Part shown: positions 8,310-15,311 of the stretch, in pieces
Layout of the letters: each line of letters opens with the position of its first letter
Position numbering within the stretch: the first letter of the stretch is position 1
Virus record (IMG/VR): IMGVR_UViG_3300044998_000080
DNA from: a virus
Length of the DNA: 51,853 nucleotides
Direction: 5' to 3' (one strand)
The notes under the pieces: model-generated
Database searches by the model: none
Told to the model about the DNA's origin: nothing
The model's input: only the letters and a program-made list of their open reading frames with translations
Program-made: the position numbers and the translations under genes

Positions 8310-8860
8310 TCGACGGGTGCCCCGTTCGCGTCGAACCCTTCGTCGGCGTAGTGGTTGCGAGCGGCGCTCGCATACTCTTCTTCGAGCGCTTCGACCGTCG
8401 GCGAACCGGCGTGAGGCTTCGGCCAGGTCTCGAGAGCGTATGAGCCCGCCTCGAGCCCGCCCGCTTCACGGTGCGCGAGACCCTCGAGCCCGGTTCGAAC
8501 GCTGAAGATCGCCGTCGGCGCGGTCGGTGCCGGGTTCGGGATCTCGTCGCGCTTCGCCTTCGACGCTTCGACCGAGAAACCGGCCGGGTAACGCGCGCGC
8601 AACTTCGCGACGTTCGTTTGAGCGATCACGTCGAGAGAGATCCCGAGTTGATCGGCCAACGTGGCGATGTACCAAAGCACGTCGCCGAGTTCTTTCGTGA
8701 CCTTCGACTTGTCGAGATCGTGCCCGTGGCCCTTGTGTTTCTTGATCAGGTCGGCGACCTCGCCCGCCTCACCGCACAAGCCGAGCGCGAAGATCGCGAC
8801 CTTATCGCCTTCGTTGCTAGCCGTTCGGATCGCTTCGTTCTGATACGTATCGAAATCCAT
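8306..8860 (-). CDS. MazG-like nucleotide pyrophosphohydrolase with a C-terminal extension
   Basis: MDFDTYQNEAIRTA...GLCGEAGEVADLIKK...ELGDVLWYIATLA. ATG 8860 lies 2 nt after the polymerase stop. Confidence 0.8.
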   Translation of the reverse strand: MDFDTYQNEAIRTASNEGDKVAIFALGLCGEAGEVADLIKKHKGHGHDLDKSKVTKELGDVLWYIATLADQLGISLDVIAQTNVAKLRARYPAGFSVEASKAKRDEIPNPAPTAPTAIFSVRTGLEGLAHREAGGLEAGSYALETWPKPHAGSPTVEALEEEYASAARNHYADEGFDANGAPVE

Positions 8861-8862
8861 GT

Positions 8863-11133
8863 TCACTGACCTTTCTTCTTCGGTTCCCACGGGATCAATT
8901 TCCCGTTCGCGTCATACACCGGATCGGCCGCCTTGTACCAACGGCGCATGAGAGCGGGTTCGCAATTGATCGCCACGTCGGGAACGAACTTGCGCATTCC
9001 GAGTTCAGGATCGCGCATGATCTCGGCGAGGCGCATCGCGGCGTCATGAGCCTGGCTCTCGGGCAAGAGAGCTAGAATTTCGTCGTGTGCGAACACGATC
9101 GGTTTCGACCCGTAGAGAGCCGAGCGCTTGTCGGTGTAGCACTCTCGAGACACGTTCCAAAGCGCGTGTTTCGCTCCCATCGCGGCGAGGTGTTGAAAGC
9201 AATGGTTCGCGGCTTGCGAGGCGTTGAGCTTTCCGCGAACGAATCCCGTGCCCGGTGAAAGGATCTGGCCCTCGCCCTCGTCAATCCCAGGAATGGAAGA
9301 GATCCATTCGAAATAGTCGTTCATTTCGGGCCAGGTATCGAGCCACCCGGCTTTCAACTCGGCCGAGACCTCGGCGCATTGGTCGCACACGGGCGGAACC
9401 GGGCGCTTCTTCCACGTCGTGATCTTCACCGAGCCGCACGGGTGAACCTCGCGACCCATGAGCCGACACATTGACCCGTGATCGCCCCCGACCTTCGCGC
9501 GGCGTTGCGTGATCGCGAACTTCACCGGGCCCATGAGCCCGCCGAAGCCGAAGTTACCGGCCTTCGAGCCCTGGCGAATGAGCTTGTAGAACTCGGCCTT
9601 CGCGTCGACTTGCGCCTTGAATGCGGCATATTCGATCGAGGTCATGCGCGCGCCGAGGATCGAGTGAGCGTCTTTCCCGGCGTTGATCGCTTCGGCGATC
9701 CTCGAGTAACCGACGACCCAAAGCGCGACCTGGCCCAACGTCGCGAACTCAAGAGCGTTGTAGTCGACCGAAACGAGAACCCAACCCTCGGGAGCAACGA
9801 TGCACTCGCGAACCCCGCCCTCGGGTCGCTTCACGAGGCGATCGTTCGCGTCGTGAATGAACACGAACTTCGGCAACGTCTGAAGAATGCCCCACGAAGC
9901 GCGCGCCGTTTCGAGAATCACGTTCGGCGAAATGATCGCGGGCGCTCGAGCGGCGTTGCGCAAAAACGGAACGTAAGTGTCGAGAACCTTCGCGTCTCGC
10001 TCGGCGAGACCCTCTAACACCTCGTCGTGTGACTCGAGCAACGTGTCACGGTCGGCCTTGATCCCGTCGGCGGGCGTGCGCGGCACGGTGGGCGCAATCT
10101 CGAGCCCGGTCGCCGAGCACGTCTTGCACTGGATCAGGTTCTTCGTCTTCGCGCTCTTGACCTTGCCCGTGCCGTTGCAGTTCGAACACTTTGAGTTCGG
10201 GTCGGTGCCGTAGGCGATCGCAACGCGCGCCTTCACCGCGCTTCCGTTCTCTTTCCATTCGTCGCCCTCGAGCTTGAGCAAATTCGCGGCGCGAAGTTGC
10301 CCCTCGGTGCGCTCGTGCTCGCGCACCATGTCGGCGGCGAGAGCTTCGACGGCGGCGGGATCCGCGCGAATGCCCCACACGGCGGCGAGTTGCATCGCGA
10401 ACGCGGCGCGCGTTTGGTGCGTGAGGTGTGACCAACCAAGCGGCTCGGCCGATTGCGTGCGCGGGATCCAGCGGAAGATCGGGCCCTGGTTTTCGTAGTC
10501 GCCCGAGAGCGCTCGGCGGCGTTGCTCTTGCGCGACCTCTCGCGTGTTGTTCGCGTCGTCGATCGGGTACGTGCGCGCTTTCTCGGGCCACGCCGAGATC
10601 GGGAGCGCGGCAAGCTCACCGTAGCGCAACCGATATTCGTCATTTTCCTTCGCGTTGTTGCGACCGAGGATCAGGCGAACGCATGTCTCGAGGCTATAGC
10701 GTTTCGTAACCTTTCCCCATGAGCCGTCATGCTTCATGACTCGAAGCGGCCCGCCCGTGTTCGGGTCTTTGTAGAGAATGCCCTTCGCGATCGCGTCGAG
10801 AGCGATCGAGTGTTGCACGTCATGCACAAGCCCGCGCTCGAGGTGCTCGAAGATCTCGGGCAAGAGATCGAGCCGAAACGCGCCGACGATCGCCAGGTCG
10901 AACGAAATGTTCGCGCCGTCGAGAATCTTTCGCTCTCGGAAGATCCGGCCGAAGGTCTCGAGCGCTTGATCGGCGGGCTCGAGCCAGGAACCGCCCGCGT
11001 CGGCGAACGATCCACACACGGGCGGCGGCGTGAGATTGCCCGGCGTGATCAAGAAGGTCTCGAGGTCGCCTGACACGGCGTCGCCCTCGAACTCGTCGGG
11101 CTCGGGTTCCACGTATCCGATCGGCTCAACCAT
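8863..11133 (-). CDS. Family A DNA polymerase with 3'-5' exonuclease domain
   Basis: Exonuclease motifs: GDLETF, ANISFDL, YPIDDA. Polymerase motifs: VSVDYNALEFATL (A), RQGSKAGNFGFGG (B), VFAHDEIL (C). Also a CSNCNGTG...CKTCSATG insert. Confidence 0.9.
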   Translation of the reverse strand: MVEPIGYVEPEPDEFEGDAVSGDLETFLITPGNLTPPPVCGSFADAGGSWLEPADQALETFGRIFRERKILDGANISFDLAIVGAFRLDLLPEIFEHLERGLVHDVQHSIALDAIAKGILYKDPNTGGPLRVMKHDGSWGKVTKRYSLETCVRLILGRNNAKENDEYRLRYGELAALPISAWPEKARTYPIDDANNTREVAQEQRRRALSGDYENQGPIFRWIPRTQSAEPLGWSHLTHQTRAAFAMQLAAVWGIRADPAAVEALAADMVREHERTEGQLRAANLLKLEGDEWKENGSAVKARVAIAYGTDPNSKCSNCNGTGKVKSAKTKNLIQCKTCSATGLEIAPTVPRTPADGIKADRDTLLESHDEVLEGLAERDAKVLDTYVPFLRNAARAPAIISPNVILETARASWGILQTLPKFVFIHDANDRLVKRPEGGVRECIVAPEGWVLVSVDYNALEFATLGQVALWVVGYSRIAEAINAGKDAHSILGARMTSIEYAAFKAQVDAKAEFYKLIRQGSKAGNFGFGGLMGPVKFAITQRRAKVGGDHGSMCRLMGREVHPCGSVKITTWKKRPVPPVCDQCAEVSAELKAGWLDTWPEMNDYFEWISSIPGIDEGEGQILSPGTGFVRGKLNASQAANHCFQHLAAMGAKHALWNVSRECYTDKRSALYGSKPIVFAHDEILALLPESQAHDAAMRLAEIMRDPELGMRKFVPDVAINCEPALMRRWYKAADPVYDANGKLIPWEPKKKGQ

Positions 11134-11250
11134 TGCGAAACCCTCTCATGAAAACGACGGCGGCCCGTTGTTCAGGCGGGCCCTTACCGAGCCTCTAGCA
11201 TTCGTGCTTAGTCCGCACGCGCTTAGAGTGAACGTGCTCGGTGCCGTCTA

Positions 11251-11321
11251 CTGACCCGCTAGGATTCGAACCTAGATAGCGCGAGTCAAAGTCGCGCGTC
11301 CTACCGTTAGACGACGGGTCA
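11251..11321 (-). tRNA. tRNA-Gln (anticodon UUG)
   Basis: Hand-folded cloverleaf: TGACCCG/CGGGTCA acceptor (U1-A72, G73), anticodon arm CGCGA-CTTTGAC-TCGCG, T-arm CTAGG-TTCGAAT-CCTAG. No encoded CCA. Confidence 0.8.
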
Positions 11322-11520
11322 AAAGCGAGGGTTTTTGCGCTGACCGAATCGGCTTGCCCTCGGGCGTAGCGGGGCGTTCCGATCATGTTCTTTGCCCGAT
11401 ATTTTCGGGGCGCGCGGTTGACCCTCAACCGCTCTTTCGACCGCTGCTAGCAAGCGAGCGAAAGCTATGTGACGCGTTACTTATTCGCCAAATTGGCTAC
11501 TTGTTCACGCGCGTTCGCGT

Positions 11521-12069
11521 TCACTTCTTCGAGAGCAGCGCGCGAAGCTCGGCGATCTCTTCGGCCGTCGCGGCGTAGGGACGCCAGTTGTACCCGGTGA
11601 AGGGCTTGCCAGCGTTCGGCCCACCCTTGATCGGCTTGCGGAAGGTCGCCACGCGAACGGGGCGGCCCGTGTAGGGCTGATCGTTCCCGACGGCCTTCTT
11701 GATCTCGCCCGCGAACCACGTCGGATCCGCGTCGGCCTCGGCCTCGGCCTTCCCGAGAAGAGCGCAGAGAAGCGCCTTCGCGTTGCCCTGGCCGGTCTGC
11801 TTACCAATGTCGGTGATGAACACCGCATCGGAATTGACCGGGTTCGGCGTCGGCGCGGCCTCACCGGGCTTCAACATGTTCGCGTCGACCGACACGGCGG
11901 CCGCCTCGATCACGTAGAACTCGGCCTTGAACCAGACCTCGGAACCCTTCACGCTCGGCTCGATCAGGAGCTTGCGCACGGCGACCGTGTATTCACCGTC
12001 GCGGATCACGTTACCGCCCGCGTTCGCCTTCGCCTTCACGATCTTGTCAACGTAGCTCGAAACGTCCAT
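11521..12069 (-). CDS. DUF669-like protein, possible ssDNA-binding protein
   Basis: 182 aa. The GEYTVAVRKLLIEPSVKGSEVWFKAEFYVIEA pattern recalls DUF669. Good SD (AAAGAGGAAG). Sits in the replication-module context. Confidence 0.4.
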   Translation of the reverse strand: MDVSSYVDKIVKAKANAGGNVIRDGEYTVAVRKLLIEPSVKGSEVWFKAEFYVIEAAAVSVDANMLKPGEAAPTPNPVNSDAVFITDIGKQTGQGNAKALLCALLGKAEAEADADPTWFAGEIKKAVGNDQPYTGRPVRVATFRKPIKGGPNAGKPFTGYNWRPYAATAEEIAELRALLSKK

Positions 12070-12120
12070 TTTGTTCTTCCTCTTTCGCGTTCGAAACGAC
12101 CGAGAAATTCGGTCGTGTTT

Positions 12121-12309
12121 TCAGGCTCGCGCCCGAAACTTGTTGCGCTCTCGCTCGGTGAGCTTGAGCGCTTGAATCAGATCCGCGCCCGTGTGCTCGT
12201 AGATCCGACAACGGGGCGAGTGCCACGAAGCGATCCAGCAACCGAGCCAGCGAAGCGCGTTGAGCATGTCGAGAGTAATAGTTAGTTTTCGATCGGGCGT
12301 CAAGCTCAA
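12121..12309 (-). CDS. Hypothetical small protein
   Basis: 62-aa ORF. TTG start in a TTGA overlap with the helicase stop. Confidence 0.4.
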   Translation of the reverse strand: MSLTPDRKLTITLDMLNALRWLGCWIASWHSPRCRIYEHTGADLIQALKLTERERNKFRARA

Positions 12310-14321
12310 TCGTCAAGATCCCACGTTTTCGAAGCGAAGTTCAGACGTTGCGGCGTGCTCGTCGTCGTCTCGGCGTAGCGGGCTTGAGCTTCGGCTTGAG
12401 CAATGTCGCTCACGAGTTCGGCGTGATAGCGGTAGAACTCGGCCGAAACCTCGTCGGCGGGTTGCCCTTCGCGGTGCGTGCGGCCGAGAAGTTGTTCAGT
12501 CGTCTTGCCGTTCGACGGCGGGTGAACAATCAGGTTTCGCGAGAAAGCATATTGAAGGTTCTTGCCTTCGCCGTGCGCCTTGATCGACGCGAAGATCGAG
12601 CGGTCGCCTTTCTCGAGAATGATCGTCGCGCTCGCTTCTTTGCCCCCAGGGAAGAAACCGAAGTTGAGTTTTTGTTCGCGCGCGATTTGTCGGGCTCGAG
12701 TCATGAACTCGTCGTGTTCGAACCAAACGATTCCCGGTTGAGTCTTCGCCCATTCGATCGAATCACGCACGAGCCAATCAGAGATCCAAACGGCCTCGGT
12801 CTCGGGTTGGACGGTCTTGTGAACGGCCTTCCACGCGAGCCAGTGTTGAGCGGCGAACACGGGAAGCGGCCCGTTGCGTGTTCCTGGCGGGAAGAACTTT
12901 CGTTCACCGTTCACGTCGGCGTGATAGCCCTCGAACCAACGAATCGCGGCGCGCGTCACGTTGCCCGGTGAATCGTAGTTTTCGCGCGGGTATTGAAGCT
13001 CGGCGCGGATCTCGGCGCGCCATGCCTTGCGCAGCTTGAGCCAGGTCTTGATCTGATCGACGGTCTCGCCTCGAGGGTAGCGCCAACGGTAGAAGAATCC
13101 CGACGCGACCTGACGCACGCAACGCGCGATCTCGAGCACCTCGATCAATTCTTCGCCGTCGGGTCGTTGCTTCAACTCACGAACGAAGTTCACACACTTC
13201 GAGATCAGATTTGCTCTCGAGCCGTTCTCGAGCCACGTCACGAACTCGGGCGCGAGCTTCGGCACGCTCTCGGCGTCGACGGCGGCCGGAATCATGACAC
13301 GGCGTTCCGAGAGCACGAGCGAGCACTTCAGCGGTGAGTCTTGCGTGACGATCACGCCATGAACCGAGGTGAACCGCCGTTGAAAGAGCAATCGCGCGCG
13401 CTCGGTGTCGTCGGCGTGCTTTCGGATCTCGTCGGTCGCGAACACCGAGAACGCCTCGAGCAACGAGCCAGGGTGTTTCAAAAACGGTTGCGTCGAACTC
13501 ACGGCGTCGAGAGCGGCGGCCCATTCGTCGGTCGTCGGCGGGTGAATCGGGAGCGGTGACCGCTCACGCATCGCGAGCGCGGCAAGGTGCGCGTAGTCTT
13601 TCAGGCTTCGCGTTGTGAGCGTGCCCGAGAGCGCGGCGAAACGGGTGTTCGGGAGCTTCGCGAACGCGCGAAGGAATCGAATCGTTCGCGCGGCACTCGG
13701 ATCGCGCAAGTTGTGAGCTTCGTCGGCGATGATCAGATCCACATGAGGGATCCGCGACAAGAGATCGGAATTCTTGAGCGCAGAAAGCTCGTGATAGGTG
13801 ACAACGTGAAGCGTCGGGCGGTTCTCGAAGAACTCGCGACCGAGGTTCGCGGCGAGGTTCGGCGTTCGAAAGTGTGCGGACCATTGCGGATAGTCGCGCA
13901 TGAGGAATTGCGGCTTGAGCGAGGGCGGGATCAGCAACACGGCCGTTCGCACGCCTGGGATCGCCATAGCGAGCAAAATATCAATACCCGTCTTGCCGTC
14001 GCCAACACCGATCGAGGCGAGCAAGCCTCGAGCGTCGCTCGCTTCCTCGAGAGCCCACCCTTGCACGGGGCGCAGATCGGTAATGCATCGGCCCCAACGA
14101 GCGACGCAATCACACGGCGTCGTGCGTTCGCGCCGAAGGTGTTTTGTCCAAAGCTCGGCGGCGAGAGGGTCGCGAACGTTGAGTTCGCGCGCCTCGAGCG
14201 CGGCGATCCGCGTGAGGTCTTCGCTCGGCCCGACGGGTTGCCCCTGGCGAAAGCGCGCAACGGGTCGACCGTCGCCTTTGGACGCGGCGAGATCAAAAGC
14301 CAGATTCGGATCGAACTTCAC
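12306..14321 (-). CDS. SNF2/DEAD-like superfamily 2 helicase
   Basis: GVGDGKTG (Walker A), LIIADEAHNL (DEAH box), ALSGTLTTRS, and C-terminal LLGRTHREGQ. GTGA overlap at the start. Confidence 0.85.
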   Translation of the reverse strand: MKFDPNLAFDLAASKGDGRPVARFRQGQPVGPSEDLTRIAALEARELNVRDPLAAELWTKHLRRERTTPCDCVARWGRCITDLRPVQGWALEEASDARGLLASIGVGDGKTGIDILLAMAIPGVRTAVLLIPPSLKPQFLMRDYPQWSAHFRTPNLAANLGREFFENRPTLHVVTYHELSALKNSDLLSRIPHVDLIIADEAHNLRDPSAARTIRFLRAFAKLPNTRFAALSGTLTTRSLKDYAHLAALAMRERSPLPIHPPTTDEWAAALDAVSSTQPFLKHPGSLLEAFSVFATDEIRKHADDTERARLLFQRRFTSVHGVIVTQDSPLKCSLVLSERRVMIPAAVDAESVPKLAPEFVTWLENGSRANLISKCVNFVRELKQRPDGEELIEVLEIARCVRQVASGFFYRWRYPRGETVDQIKTWLKLRKAWRAEIRAELQYPRENYDSPGNVTRAAIRWFEGYHADVNGERKFFPPGTRNGPLPVFAAQHWLAWKAVHKTVQPETEAVWISDWLVRDSIEWAKTQPGIVWFEHDEFMTRARQIAREQKLNFGFFPGGKEASATIILEKGDRSIFASIKAHGEGKNLQYAFSRNLIVHPPSNGKTTEQLLGRTHREGQPADEVSAEFYRYHAELVSDIAQAEAQARYAETTTSTPQRLNFASKTWDLDD

Positions 14322-14563
14322 GAGCCCCTCTCGAGCTTCTCAAGGTCGAAGTGTTTCGACCAACCAACGAAACCGCACGATTCACAACGATACTCGCGCG
14401 CTTGCGACGACATGCGCGCGTTTCGATTCGCGCGCACCTCACGCTTGCCCCCGGTGAGCTTGACGTGAAAACGCGAGCCCTCGGGCCAACGTGCGCCGCT
14501 TCGACGGCACCTCGAACAACGGAAGTTGATCGGGCACCCGGTGCCCGCGTTCGTTCCCGGCAT
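14318..14563 (-). CDS. Zinc-ribbon protein
   Basis: 81 aa with CPINFRCSRC ... CESCG. Its ATG directly abuts the 3' end of the tRNA-like gene. Confidence 0.5.
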   Translation of the reverse strand: MPGTNAGTGCPINFRCSRCRRSGARWPEGSRFHVKLTGGKREVRANRNARMSSQAREYRCESCGFVGWSKHFDLEKLERGS

Positions 14564-14651
14564 TGTCGACGGAAGGGATTCGAACCCTTCAAGCTCTCTC
14601 GAGCAACCGAGGGTGCGACCCTCGTGCGGTTTCCAGTTACGCCACGTCGAC
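14564..14651 (-). tRNA. Atypical type-II (long variable arm) tRNA-like gene, apparent anticodon CGC
   Basis: Fold: GTCGACG-TG-GCG-TAACTGGAAAC-CGC-A-CGAGG-GTCGCAC-CCTCG-GTTGCTCGAGAGAGCTT-GAAGGG-TTCGAAT-CCCTTC-CGTCGAC-A. U8, A14 and G18G19 are present. 6-bp T stem. Confidence 0.55.
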
Positions 14652-14656
14652 GAAAA

Positions 14657-14681
14657 CCGCGCGGGCTCGCGACCCGCGCGG
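14657..14681 (-). terminator. Intrinsic terminator upstream of the tRNA-like gene
   Basis: 9-bp GC stem CCGCGCGGG/CCCGCGCGG with a 7-nt loop. On the minus strand it is followed by TTTTC. Confidence 0.6.
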
Positions 14682-14686
14682 GTGCT

Positions 14687-14956
14687 TCACCGCGAAATGT
14701 AGCCTTCGGCCTCGAGCATGTCGAAGAGCGACATTCGCTCGAGCCGAGCGTTCGCACGCTTCGCGGCCTTCTCGGCGTGCTCGCGCATTTCGCGCTCGAG
14801 ACGAACGCGCCCGTCTTCGCTCACGTTCGCCTGACCTCGGATCGTGAACGTGTACCACGGGGCGGGCTCATGAAACCGAGACGAGACCGGCGCGCCGTTG
14901 AGCCGAGCCCGCTTGCGCTTTTGGTAGCGCGTCGTGATCTTCGCGGCCTCGCTCAC
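14687..14956 (-). CDS. Hypothetical basic protein
   Basis: 89-aa ORF. GTG start in a GTGA overlap. Confidence 0.5.
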   Translation of the reverse strand: MSEAAKITTRYQKRKRARLNGAPVSSRFHEPAPWYTFTIRGQANVSEDGRVRLEREMREHAEKAAKRANARLERMSLFDMLEAEGYISR

Positions 14957-15084
14957 GGTGCGGCCCTCGCTTCGGCGTTGCGCTTCTCGCGGGCCTCACG
15001 GCGGGCCAGCGGGTGAAGGTGGCTCTTCGCACGCGCGCGCAACTTCTCGGCGTGAACTTGCCAGGGTTGCGGCTTCGTGTTCAC
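14953..15084 (-). CDS. Hypothetical 43-aa basic micro-protein (not in the ORF track)
   Basis: GTG 15084 and stop 14953 both sit in GTGA overlaps, linking the two flanking ORFs. Translation: VNTKPQPWQVHAEKLRARAK... Confidence 0.3.
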   Translation of the reverse strand: MNTKPQPWQVHAEKLRARAKSHLHPLARREAREKRNAEARAAP

Positions 15085-15311
15085 CGTCGGAAGCGCGCGC
15101 GCGCATGATGCACGAGCGGCGAGCGGCCCGAGTAGATCAGGCGACCGCCACCGATGCGGCGCGGCGCGGGGAACGGGTTCGAGCCCCGCGCGGATTGCGC
15201 GCGGAAGATCGACGAACGAAGCTCGTAAGCCTTCTTCTGCTCACCGCGCTTCTCGAGCCCGAGCGCGATCGCGAGAAGCGCGCCGAGATTGAAACCTCGA
15301 ATGCCCTTCAC
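15081..15311 (-). CDS. Hypothetical small protein
   Basis: GTG 15311 forms a GTGA overlap with the nuclease stop. Translation: VKGIRGFNLGALLAIALGLEKRGEQKKAYEL... Confidence 0.4.
   Translation of the reverse strand: MKGIRGFNLGALLAIALGLEKRGEQKKAYELRSSIFRAQSARGSNPFPAPRRIGGGRLIYSGRSPLVHHARARFRR

Noticed and set aside
5290-11133. Z-genome (2-aminoadenine) biosynthesis cluster
   Set aside because: HD, MazG and PolA are present, but I found no PurZ-like (adenylosuccinate-synthetase-like, GDEGKGK) ORF anywhere. The claim is kept only as a weaker hypothesis about nucleotide-pool editing.
12096-12116. Hairpin ACGACCGA-gaaat-TCGGTCGT as a terminator
   Set aside because: The T-tract lies on the plus-strand side, whereas the local genes are on the minus strand. 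More likely an mRNA structure upstream of the SSB-like gene's SD.
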